Origin: Pseudomonadales bacterium | Lineage (GTDB): Bacteria; Pseudomonadota; Gammaproteobacteria; Pseudomonadales; Halieaceae | Length of the DNA: 64,000 nt | Direction: 5' to 3' | Assembly (NCBI GenBank): GCA_024234675.1 | Contig: JACKNU010000004.1 | Coordinates: forward strand, 21,031-85,030 | Shown: positions 55,832-64,000 of the stretch, piece by piece | Layout of the letters: every line of letters begins with the position of its first letter | Numbering within the stretch: position 1 is the stretch's first letter | Made by a program: the position numbers and the translations under genes | Notes under the pieces: generated by a model | The model's database searches: none | What the model saw: only the letters and a program-made list of their open reading frames with translations | Told to the model about the DNA's origin: nothing

Positions 55832-56610
55832 TGGCCGACTCCGACGGCAGCGCCCACATCAGCGTACGCGACCTCACCATGGCGTACGGTTCCCGCGTGA
55901 TCCAGCAGGACCTGAACTTCGACATCCAACGCGGCGATATCTTTGTCATCATGGGGGGCAGCGGCTGCGGTAAGAGCACCCTGCTCAAGCACATGCTGGG
56001 CCTGATCGTCCCGGCTGACGGCGATATCCTCTACAACGGCGAGAGTTTCGTCCGGGCAGGGGCCGCGGGACAGGAAGCCATGCGCCGCCGCTGGGGCATC
56101 ACCTACCAGTCCGGCGGCCTGTTCAGCGCCATGACCCTGGGGGAGAACGTGGCCCTGCCGCTGCAGCTCTACACCCACTACCGCAGCAGGGAAATAGCCG
56201 ACATAGTGGCCTACAAGCTGGCCCTGGTGGGGCTGGCGGGTTACCAGTCCTACTACCCCTCGGAGATCAGCGGCGGCATGCGCAAGCGGGCGGCACTGGC
56301 CAGGGCGATCGCGCTGGAGCCCGAGATCCTGTTTTTCGATGAACCCTCCGCCGGCCTGGACCCCATCAGCTCCCGCCTGCTGGACGACCTGATTGTGCAA
56401 CTGCAGGAGTCCACCGGGGCCACGGTGGTCATGGTCACCCATGAGCTGGCCAGTATTTTCGCCATCGCCACCAACTCCGTGTTCCTCGATCCCGAGACAC
56501 GCACTATGATCGACTGCGGTGATCCGCGGCAGCTGCGCGATCACAGCAAGCAAGCGCTGGTACGGCAGTTTCTCACCCGCAGTGCAGCCGTTGCAGAGGA
56601 CAGCTCATGA
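55831..56610 (+). CDS. ABC transporter ATP-binding protein (MlaF-like)
   Basis: Walker A GGSGCGKST, signature ISGGMRKR, Walker B ILFFDEP. Confidence 0.9.
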   Translation: MADSDGSAHISVRDLTMAYGSRVIQQDLNFDIQRGDIFVIMGGSGCGKSTLLKHMLGLIVPADGDILYNGESFVRAGAAGQEAMRRRWGITYQSGGLFSAMTLGENVALPLQLYTHYRSREIADIVAYKLALVGLAGYQSYYPSEISGGMRKRAALARAIALEPEILFFDEPSAGLDPISSRLLDDLIVQLQESTGATVVMVTHELASIFAIATNSVFLDPETRTMIDCGDPRQLRDHSKQALVRQFLTRSAAVAEDSS

Positions 56611-57575
56611 GTGAAAAGTCACATACTGTCGCCATTGGCACTTTCGTCACCGGCGCCATACTGATCGCAGTGACCATGGTGATCTTTGCCCTGGGCACCG
56701 GCTTCGGCGAGCGAACCGAAAAAGTCATAATGGTGTTCAACGGCTCGGTGAAAGGGCTGTCCGTGGGCGCGCCGGTGGCGCTGCGAGGTGTGCAGATCGG
56801 CCAGGTGACCAATATCGAGCTGATGCTCGATACGGACTCCATAGGCCTGATCATGCTGGTGGAGGCGAACCTGAATGACAAAAATATCCGCCGCCTGGGC
56901 AAAAATACCGAAGATATCACCGACCAATTGATCGCCCGGGGCCTGCGCGCCCAGCTGCGCACCCAGAGCCTGCTCACCGGCCTGCTGTATATCCAGCTTG
57001 ATTTTCACCCGGGCACGAAGCCCGTACTGGCCGATGTGAAGTCCGAGCACATACAGATTCCCACTATTCCCACCGACCTGGAAGAGCTGACCCGCAAGCT
57101 GGATGAACTCGACCTGGGCAAACTCGCCGATGAGGTGCAGGGCATTGTCGGCGCCCTGAACGCCTTCCTGACCAGCGACAGCTTCCAGGCGGTACCCGCA
57201 CAACTGCAGCAGGCGCTGGAGGAAGTGACCGCCCTGAGCCGCCAGCTACAGGCACAGGTGGCCGTCTCGGGACCGAAACTGGACCTGGCGCTGGACGGCG
57301 CGAAGGCAACCCTGGATGGCGCCAACCAGGAGCTACCGCAGATCTCGGAGCTGGTTGAGAAGAACCTCAACGTCCTGAACCAGGCTATTACCGGCTTCGA
57401 GAGCACCCTGCGCAACATCGACGGCCTGGTGGCGCCAAACTCCCCCACCACCTATCAATTGAACCAGGCCCTGCAGGAAGTGACCCGCGCCAGCCGGGCC
57501 ATACAGGCGCTGGCCACCACCCTGCAGGAACAGCCTGAGTCATTGTTGCGCGGCAAAAGCGAGGAGATGCCATGA
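56607..57575 (+). CDS. MlaD/MCE domain protein
   Basis: N-terminal TM followed by an MCE domain (FNGSVKGLSVGAPVALRGVQIGQV) and a long helical C-terminus. Its start overlaps the stop of the ATPase gene. Confidence 0.85.
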   Translation: MSEKSHTVAIGTFVTGAILIAVTMVIFALGTGFGERTEKVIMVFNGSVKGLSVGAPVALRGVQIGQVTNIELMLDTDSIGLIMLVEANLNDKNIRRLGKNTEDITDQLIARGLRAQLRTQSLLTGLLYIQLDFHPGTKPVLADVKSEHIQIPTIPTDLEELTRKLDELDLGKLADEVQGIVGALNAFLTSDSFQAVPAQLQQALEEVTALSRQLQAQVAVSGPKLDLALDGAKATLDGANQELPQISELVEKNLNVLNQAITGFESTLRNIDGLVAPNSPTTYQLNQALQEVTRASRAIQALATTLQEQPESLLRGKSEEMP

Positions 57576-58183
57576 ACCCATTCCGGATCCGCAGCCTGGC
57601 CTGCCTGGGCCTGGCGCTGAGCCTGGCGGCCTGTGGCACCAGCCCACCCAACCAGTACTACCGGCTGACGCCCAAGGCCCAGCCCGGCACCGTGGCCGAG
57701 AAGCCCGCCCTGGGGGTCGGCCCGGTGAACATACCGGACTATCTCAGGCGCAGTGGCCTGGTATACAGCGGCGGCGAGAACCAGTTATTTATCACCGAGC
57801 AACAGCGCTGGGCGGAACCACTGGACGAGGGTATCGAGCGGGTGGTGGCGATCAACCTGGCGCGGCTGCTGAATACCGACAACCTGCGCCTGTTTCCCTG
57901 GCAACTGGATGACATTCCCGAGTACACCATCGAGTTGGTGGTGCTGGAGCTGGATACGGACGGGGCGGAAGCGGTGCTGGTGGCTGACTGGGTGATCAAG
58001 CGACCCGCCGACAGCACCAGCGTCAGCCGCCGCATCAGCCGGCTGCGGCACGCCCTGCCTCCCGGTCCTATCCAACCGGCAGACCTCGCCCCGGCATACA
58101 GCGCACTCTTTTACCAGCTAAGCCAGGAGATCGCTGCCGCCGTAACAGCGGCAGAGCAGGAACAGGGGGCTGGTATCCCCTAG
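57572..58183 (+). CDS. ABC-transport auxiliary lipoprotein (PqiC/DUF330-like)
   Basis: Lipobox LSLAAC, then ...YYRL.., typical of PqiC/YmbA family lipoproteins. Its start overlaps the stop of the MCE gene. Confidence 0.75.
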   Translation: MNPFRIRSLACLGLALSLAACGTSPPNQYYRLTPKAQPGTVAEKPALGVGPVNIPDYLRRSGLVYSGGENQLFITEQQRWAEPLDEGIERVVAINLARLLNTDNLRLFPWQLDDIPEYTIELVVLELDTDGAEAVLVADWVIKRPADSTSVSRRISRLRHALPPGPIQPADLAPAYSALFYQLSQEIAAAVTAAEQEQGAGIP

Positions 58184-58191
58184 CCGGGCCG

Positions 58192-60699
58192 CTACTGGAA
58201 GTTGTAGCGGAATTCCACACCGTACATGCGCGGCTCGTCGGTGCGCCCGTAGGAGGGTGAGCCGTCGGAAAAGGCCGAGGCCAGCTGACTGCCCAGGCCA
58301 CCGGGCTCGCCGGCCCTCACCTTCGGTGTCCAGTTGGTGGCGTTGGTCACAAAGGCCGCCACGGTCCAATCCCGTTCGGGACTGTTGTAGGCCAACCTGG
58401 CATTGAGTTGCTCCTGGTCGTCGGTATCGGGACAACTGCTGAAGGGCGGTTCGGTCAGGTCGCCGGTGGCCGAGGGATCGCTGATAATCAACTGGCCATC
58501 GACCTTGGTCAGCCCGTAGACGTCGTTGGGCTCGCCCTGCGCCTTGTTGTCCACCACGTAGAAGCAGCTGTCCTGGGGCAGGCCCTCGGTATAATTGTAG
58601 GCGATGGCCAACACCATTTCGCCGCCATTGCTGAAGTCGTAACTGTAGTTGGCGCCCACGGTAAAGTTCATGTCCGGGGACTTGGAGAAGGTCTCGCCGG
58701 ACTCATCCCGGACCACGCACTGGCCATCGATCACCTCCCGCCTTTCCCGCTCGGTGTACTGGGCGTCCAGGTAACCGGTGTTGAAATACAACTCCAGCGA
58801 CGGCAGGGCCAGCCAGTTGACGTTCAGCTCGAAGCCATCGCCCTCGACATTGGAGGTCTCGAACAGGTAGGTGCCCACGCTGGCGTTGGGCAGGCAGGCC
58901 GCATCGACGAATTCGAGGGATTGCAGGTTGTCGTAGGTGTAGCTGAATACAGCCGCGTTCACCCGCAGGGTGTTGTCCAGCCAGCTGGACTTCATGCCCA
59001 ACTCGTAATTGGTCACCTCTTCCGGGTCGAAGGGGCCGGCCAGGATATCATCGGCAACACTGTTGAAACCGCCGGCCTTGTAACCCTCGGTATAGGAGGC
59101 GTACAGCATGGTCTCGTCCAGCACCTGCCACTCCAGCACCATCCTGGGGGTGAGCTTGGACCAGCTCTTGTTTTGCTGCAGGAAGCCCAGGTTGCCGTCC
59201 GGGTCATAGTTGCCATTGCCGTCGAGGCGGGTCTCGGTGGTGAAGGCGAAGGCGATGACGTAGTCGTTGTACTTTACGTAGCGACCAAAATTCTTGTCGT
59301 CGTAGGTATAGCGCAGGCCACCGGTCAGGGACCAGGTATCGGTGATGTCCCAGGTCACATCGGCGAAGGCGGCGTAGGATTTGTACTTGGCATTGATGCG
59401 GGTCTGCTCGCGGTACTGGATGTCGTCCGCCAGCGCCTGGGCCCCGCTGGTGACCGTGCGTTCGTCGAAGGGGTCCGGAAACTGGGTGAATGCCAGGTCG
59501 ATATAGGTTCCCGGTGGCAGGGTATCGTAGGGCACGCCGATTTCCGCTTCCGCGATCAGTTTGTCCAGGGTCTGGGGATTGAGGTGAATGCCACTGGTCT
59601 GGCGGGCGTGCTCGTAGGTGGTGTTGACACCCGTGGTCCAGCGAAACGCGGAGCCGTATTCCCCGTCCAGCCGGAACTCCTGGCTGAACTGGTCGTTCTT
59701 TTCCCGGTTCAGATCATTGAAAAAGTAATACAACTCGGCGGAACCGTCTTTTTCCTCGGGGTTGTGCGACTTGAAATAGCGATAGGCGCTGATGGAAGTC
59801 AGGGTCGCCCAGTCCAGCTCGTAGGTCAGGTGGAAGGCGGCGCCCCACAGGTTGCGCTTTTCCGACAGGCTGGAGTCGCTGGCCACCTTGTTGAAGCCGG
59901 CGCCGTTGTCTCGCGGACCCCATACGGCGCTGGAACGCACCCGGGAGTCCTGGTCGGTCTGGTCGAACTCCAGGCGCAGGTTGGTATCCAGGCGATCAGT
60001 GGGGACCCAACGCAACTGGGTCACTACCGAAACGTTGCCCTCCCGCGCCAGGTCCTCGCCATTGGCCACATTGTCCACCCAGCCATCGCGCTTGTTCCAC
60101 AGCAGCCCGGTGCGCCAGTACAGCGTATCCGCGAGGGGCACGTTGGCCACCCCGTCCAGCTGGTAGCGATTGTAGTCACCCACGGTGCCCCGCGCCCAGC
60201 CGTACAGCTCCTCGTCGGGCCTGTTGGAGACATACTGGATGGCGCCGGCCGCGGCGTTGCGCCCGAACAGGGTGCCCTGGGGGCCGTTGAGTATCTCTAC
60301 CCGGGCGAGGTCGTTGAAGGCCACCTTGGAGCCGCCGGAGCGGCCTATGTAGACCCCGTCCTGGTACACCCCAACCGCCGGGTCGGCGCCGATACCGAAG
60401 TCATCGGTGCCGATTCCGCGGATGGCATAGTTGGGCTGGTTGGCGGCCTTGGAGATGGTTACGTTGGGGGTGAAGGTTCCCAGGTCGCCGATATCCTGGG
60501 CGGACAGGTTGGTGATCTGCTGGGCGCTGAAGGCCTCTACCGCGATAGGCACATCCTGCAGGCCCTCCTCGCGCTTCTGGGCGGTGACGATTACCTCCTC
60601 CAGCCCCTGGGCGCACACCCACTGCCCCGAACAGCCGAGCGCGAGGGATAAAACAACCACCATGGAGCGGGGGCGATGGAAGGTGGACGAGCGTGACAT
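58192..60699 (-). CDS. TonB-dependent outer-membrane receptor
   Basis: 835 aa with signal peptide, plug motifs (EEVIVTAQKREEGLQDVPIAV, VEILNGPQGTLFGRNAAAG) and a C-terminal ..FRYNFQ. Confidence 0.88.
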   Translation of the reverse strand: MSRSSTFHRPRSMVVVLSLALGCSGQWVCAQGLEEVIVTAQKREEGLQDVPIAVEAFSAQQITNLSAQDIGDLGTFTPNVTISKAANQPNYAIRGIGTDDFGIGADPAVGVYQDGVYIGRSGGSKVAFNDLARVEILNGPQGTLFGRNAAAGAIQYVSNRPDEELYGWARGTVGDYNRYQLDGVANVPLADTLYWRTGLLWNKRDGWVDNVANGEDLAREGNVSVVTQLRWVPTDRLDTNLRLEFDQTDQDSRVRSSAVWGPRDNGAGFNKVASDSSLSEKRNLWGAAFHLTYELDWATLTSISAYRYFKSHNPEEKDGSAELYYFFNDLNREKNDQFSQEFRLDGEYGSAFRWTTGVNTTYEHARQTSGIHLNPQTLDKLIAEAEIGVPYDTLPPGTYIDLAFTQFPDPFDERTVTSGAQALADDIQYREQTRINAKYKSYAAFADVTWDITDTWSLTGGLRYTYDDKNFGRYVKYNDYVIAFAFTTETRLDGNGNYDPDGNLGFLQQNKSWSKLTPRMVLEWQVLDETMLYASYTEGYKAGGFNSVADDILAGPFDPEEVTNYELGMKSSWLDNTLRVNAAVFSYTYDNLQSLEFVDAACLPNASVGTYLFETSNVEGDGFELNVNWLALPSLELYFNTGYLDAQYTERERREVIDGQCVVRDESGETFSKSPDMNFTVGANYSYDFSNGGEMVLAIAYNYTEGLPQDSCFYVVDNKAQGEPNDVYGLTKVDGQLIISDPSATGDLTEPPFSSCPDTDDQEQLNARLAYNSPERDWTVAAFVTNATNWTPKVRAGEPGGLGSQLASAFSDGSPSYGRTDEPRMYGVEFRYNFQ

Positions 60700-60845
60700 G
60701 GTGACCCCCGGAGACTAGGCGCTAAAGCGCGTTTTATAGTAATGAGCGGTTTTACACGTTTTGTTATAAGCGCCAATATGCCCCAAGGTCCCCGGCGAGA
60801 CAATAGCCTGCCGGGGGCATAGCCGAAGCACATCTGCCGAAGACC

Positions 60846-61526
60846 TCAGCCCGGGGGCAGTTCGGTGACCTCGCCGGGGCCCGCCAACAGTGCCGGATCC
60901 TTGTTGCGGGCATTACTGATGGCCCGCGGCAAGGCCTGCAGGCGCAGCGTCTGTTTCAACTCGCTGCGAAAGATACTGTCATTGGCGGCGATTGCCTCGC
61001 TGCCGTCCAGCCAGCGATCGTATTCGTCGGGCGCCAGTATCACCGGCATCCGCGAGTGCCAGGGCGCGAAAGCGGGCGCCGCGGCCGTGGTGACCAGGGT
61101 GCAGGACAGCAGATGTGATTCACCCCCTTCCCAGACATCCCACAGGGCCGCGACGGCCAGTGCCTGGTCGGCGGTCGTCACCAGCCAGGGCTGTTTCACC
61201 TGCCCTTCCTGGCGCCACTCGATAAAACTGCTCATGGGCACGATGCCGCGCTGGGACTTGAAGGGGTGGCGAAAGGCACGGCTGCTGGCCAGGGTCTCGC
61301 TGCGGGCGTTGAACATGGCGTACTTCTGGTCCACCGCCGGCGCCCAGGACGGGGTCAGCCACCAGCGGGCGGAGTCCGCGCTGCGCTCCCCGTCGAGCTC
61401 GCGCACCAGGCAAACCTGTTCCGTGGGAGCGATATTCACCGCTGTCGGCAGCCGCAGGTCGATACCGAGGTCGCGCAACAACTGCTGCAACCCGGGACTG
61501 TCGATCACATTGAAGCGTCCGCACAT
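60846..61526 (-). CDS. SOS response-associated peptidase (SRAP/YedK family)
   Basis: MCGRFNV N-terminal catalytic Cys2 motif in a 226-aa ORF. Confidence 0.88.
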   Translation of the reverse strand: MCGRFNVIDSPGLQQLLRDLGIDLRLPTAVNIAPTEQVCLVRELDGERSADSARWWLTPSWAPAVDQKYAMFNARSETLASSRAFRHPFKSQRGIVPMSSFIEWRQEGQVKQPWLVTTADQALAVAALWDVWEGGESHLLSCTLVTTAAAPAFAPWHSRMPVILAPDEYDRWLDGSEAIAANDSIFRSELKQTLRLQALPRAISNARNKDPALLAGPGEVTELPPG

Positions 61527-61722
61527 CGTTGTGCCCTCCTTGCTCCGCTACCGGGCTGGGGGCGCCGGCGGGAAGCCATTATACCCGGGCGGGCTATCAC
61601 AGGTCTGTCATAGTAAACCCCGGTGGCATCGCTGCCGGCCCGTGCCCGCCCCCGCCGCGGACTCCTTGCCTGTGGCCGCGGGCCAATAGTACCCTGATAC
61701 CCGCTTCGACGCGGAGAACCAC

Positions 61723-62181
61723 ATGAGCGATAAACCCCTGGCCCCGGCCATCGAGGGCTGGCATACCATGGCCGCCAAACCCCATCTCATAGGCAGCCAG
61801 TGCACCCACTGCGGCACCTATTTTTTCCCCAAACAGGAACAGTATTGCCGCAACCCGGCCTGTGACAGCACCGACTTCCGGGAAGTCGAGCTGAGCCGCA
61901 CCGGCCACATCTGGAGCTACACCAACGCCTGCTACCAGCCGCCTGCGCCCTTCGTGGCACCGGATCCCTTTGAACCCTACGCCATCGCGGGGGTGCAACT
62001 GGAGCGGGAACAGATGGTGGTACTGGGCCAGGTGGTAGCCGGGGTGGGCGTCGAGGACCTGAAAGTCGGCATGCCCATGGAACTGGTGCTGGAGCCCCTG
62101 CACGAGACCGAGGACGACATCAAGGTGACCTGGAAGTGGCGACCACTTGCCGCAGATGCAAGCAACCGGCCGGGAGAATAA
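61723..62181 (+). CDS. Zn-ribbon / OB-fold protein (DUF35 family)
   Basis: CTHCGTYFFP...CRNPAC zinc ribbon followed by an OB-like region. It is paired with a thiolase-like gene. Confidence 0.75.
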   Translation: MSDKPLAPAIEGWHTMAAKPHLIGSQCTHCGTYFFPKQEQYCRNPACDSTDFREVELSRTGHIWSYTNACYQPPAPFVAPDPFEPYAIAGVQLEREQMVVLGQVVAGVGVEDLKVGMPMELVLEPLHETEDDIKVTWKWRPLAADASNRPGE

Positions 62182-62185
62182 CGCC

Positions 62186-63373
62186 ATGTCCAATGAAATC
62201 GCGATTATCGGCGCCGGCATGCACCCCTGGGGCAAGTGGGGTCACAACTTCGTGCAGTACGGCGTGGCGGCCGCCAGGGAGGCCCTGGCGGATGCCGGCA
62301 TACCCTGGCAGGACGTGCGTTTTGTTTCCGGGGGCGCCACCGTGCGCTGCGGCTACCCCGGCTACGTCGCCGGCGCCACCTTCGCCCAGGCCCTGGGCTG
62401 GCAGGGCGCCGAGGTGAACACCTCCTACGCCGCCTGCGCCTCCGGCTCCCAGGCGCTGGCAGCGGCGCGCAACAAGATACTCGCGGGTGAGTGTGAAGTG
62501 GCGCTGGTGGTGGGCGCCGACACCACGCCCAAGGGCTTCCTGGCACCCGCCGGCGGCTACCGCCCCGAGGACCCGGACTGGGTGCGCTTCTACCTGGGCA
62601 TCACCAACCCCACCTACTTCGCCCTGTACGCCCGCCGCAGGATGGACCTGTACGGCGATACCCTGGCGGATTTCGCTGCGGTCAAGGTCAAGAACTCCCG
62701 GGTCGGCGCCAAGAACCCCCGCGCCCGCTACCGCAAGTGCTTTACCGCGGAAGACGTGGCCGCCTCCGCCATGGTGGCGGACCCCCTGCGCCTGATGGAC
62801 ATCTGCGCCACCAGTGACGGCGGCGCGGCGCTGATCGTCTGCAGCCTGGAATACGCCCGCAGGATCGGCAAGGCCGATGCCCCGCGGGTCGCCGCCATCT
62901 CCACGGTCACCCCCACCTTCGCCAGCGGCGTGGTGGAAATGCCCGATATCGCCACGGATTCCGCTGCGGCAGCGGGCGTGGAAGCCCTCGCCTACCGTTC
63001 ATCCATCCCCATGAAGGCCTACGAGGAAGCCGGCATAGGTCCGGAAGACGTGAGCCTGGCGGAGGTCTACGACCTGTCCACCGCCCTGGAACTGGACTGG
63101 ATCGAGGACCTGCGCCTGGCGCCCCGCGGCGATGCCGCCGCCCTGCTGCGCCAGGGCGACACGGCGCTGGGCGGCAGGATCCCGGTAAACGTCTCCGGCG
63201 GCCTGGCCTGCTTCGGCGAGGCGGTACCGGCCCAGGCCATCGCCCAGGTCTGCGAGCTCACCTGGCAGTTGCGCGGCGAGGCGGGTGACCGGCAGGTGAA
63301 GAACGCCAAGGTGGGTATCACTGCCAACCAGGGGTTGTTCGGGCACGGCAGTTCGGTGATCGTGAAGCGCTAG
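62186..63373 (+). CDS. thiolase-like / SCP-x-type lipid-transfer protein
   Basis: Start at MSNEIAIIGAGMHPWG. Carries a YAACASGSQAL active-site Cys region and a C-terminal GGLACFGE. Confidence 0.8.
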   Translation: MSNEIAIIGAGMHPWGKWGHNFVQYGVAAAREALADAGIPWQDVRFVSGGATVRCGYPGYVAGATFAQALGWQGAEVNTSYAACASGSQALAAARNKILAGECEVALVVGADTTPKGFLAPAGGYRPEDPDWVRFYLGITNPTYFALYARRRMDLYGDTLADFAAVKVKNSRVGAKNPRARYRKCFTAEDVAASAMVADPLRLMDICATSDGGAALIVCSLEYARRIGKADAPRVAAISTVTPTFASGVVEMPDIATDSAAAAGVEALAYRSSIPMKAYEEAGIGPEDVSLAEVYDLSTALELDWIEDLRLAPRGDAAALLRQGDTALGGRIPVNVSGGLACFGEAVPAQAIAQVCELTWQLRGEAGDRQVKNAKVGITANQGLFGHGSSVIVKR

Positions 63374-63792
63374 GGCGCAAACTCGAGCATCGATACCTGC
63401 TGCAGGTAGGCCACCAGGTCCGCGCGCTGCCCGGGGTCCGGCACACCGTTGCTCATCATGGTGGTACCCGGCGTGGCCTGCATGGGATTTTCCAGCCAGG
63501 CATACAGCAGCTGCGGCGTCCACACGAATTCAGCCGCCTGCAACTGCACCGAGTAGTAGTCAAAACCCGGCTGCTTGCCGGCGATCTTGCCGAAGATGCG
63601 GTGCAGGTTGGGACCGTTGCCATGACCCAGGCGGGGATCGGTGTAGTGACAACTGCGGCAGCTGGCGAACACCAGGCGCCCGCGCTCGGGATCGCCGCCG
63701 ATAAACGGCAGGGTGGTGGCCTCGAGTTCGCCCTGGGCCCGGGTACCAGCGGCCAGCAGCGCGAGCAGTATCCAGATCGAAAAACGTCTCAT
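63370..63792 (-). CDS. c-type cytochrome (class I)
   Basis: Signal peptide, CRSCH haem-binding CxxCH, and a distal Met region PGTTMMSNG. Confidence 0.85.
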   Translation of the reverse strand: MRRFSIWILLALLAAGTRAQGELEATTLPFIGGDPERGRLVFASCRSCHYTDPRLGHGNGPNLHRIFGKIAGKQPGFDYYSVQLQAAEFVWTPQLLYAWLENPMQATPGTTMMSNGVPDPGQRADLVAYLQQVSMLEFAP

Positions 63793-64000
63793 GCCGCCGA
63801 CCTCCCGGCCGCCGCCAATCCCGCCCGGCGGCCAAAGAAGGTGCAGTCTCCCACTGACAGGCCGCTGGCGATATAGGGTGCGGCGGGGAGGCCGGCGGCG
63901 GTGCGGCCGGCGGCGTAGAGCCCGGGAATCGCCTCCCCGAAGCCATCCAGCACCTGCCCGTCCACCGTGGTGTGCAGGCCACCGAAGGTGTGAGCCGGCA
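63789..64000 (-). CDS. FAD-dependent oxidoreductase, C-terminal fragment (gene continues beyond the window)
   Basis: Hand translation of the minus strand gives ..GGLHTTVDGQVLDGFGEAIPGLYAAGRTAAGL..SGLSVGDCTFFGRRAG..*. This is the typical C-terminal FAD-binding motif of FrdA/KstD-type flavoproteins. Its stop overlaps the cytochrome c start (ATGA). Confidence 0.6.
   Translation of the reverse strand, partial: PAHTFGGLHTTVDGQVLDGFGEAIPGLYAAGRTAAGLPAAPYIASGLSVGDCTFFGRRAGLAAAGRSAA

Noticed and set aside
60700-60845. Cobalamin or other riboswitch upstream of the second TonB-dependent receptor
   Set aside because: No B12-box-like GCCACTG core or other recognisable riboswitch core was seen by eye. 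An Rfam scan would be needed.

Overview
GC-rich window with strong third-position GC bias and long spurious antisense ORFs. It looks like core chromosome of a gammaproteobacterium; a marine, Pseudomonas/Cellvibrionales-like gene order is inference only. The centre is the conserved minus-strand block rpsB-tsf-pyrH-frr-uppS-cdsA-dxr-rseP-bamA-skp-lpxD-fabZ-lpxA-lpxB-rnhB-dnaE (18.6-36.8 kb). Divergent from it are map-glnD-dapC-nth and, further on, dapD-dapE; dapA-bamC lies on the minus strand at 52-54 kb. Other content: stand-alone gcvP, greB, two TonB-dependent receptors, an arylsulfatase, a 4-gene Mla/MCE-type lipid ABC transporter, an SRAP peptidase, and a DUF35/thiolase pair next to cytochrome c and a flavoprotein. 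I found no rRNA, tRNA, CRISPR, IS, integrase or phage genes. Points worth a second look: (1) A divergent class III nucleotidyl-cyclase-like protein sits 7 nt upstream of an HD phosphohydrolase with PDE-like motif spacing, and that gene overlaps rsmJ (47.4-49.7 kb). This is the best candidate here for an uncharacterised nucleotide-signalling module. (2) A tightly coupled three-gene operon (small membrane protein, coiled-coil membrane protein, sulfotransferase-like protein) lies convergent with the arylsulfatase (12.2-16.6 kb). (3) A REP-like hairpin family occurs as a 38-bp tandem array (17.6 kb) and as an inverted pair with a compensatory stem change (7.35 kb), the latter next to a duplicated 3' end of a UDG-family gene. 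(4) An exact sigma54 -24/-12 motif lies upstream of a 90-aa orphan ORF. (5) Seven single-nucleotide frame breaks all fall between 5.8 and 27.9 kb and hit gcvP (twice), dnaE, bamA and others. Most are at short homopolymers, so they look like assembly errors rather than true pseudogenes. Function calls rest on motifs I recognise in the translated ORFs; no database search was run.
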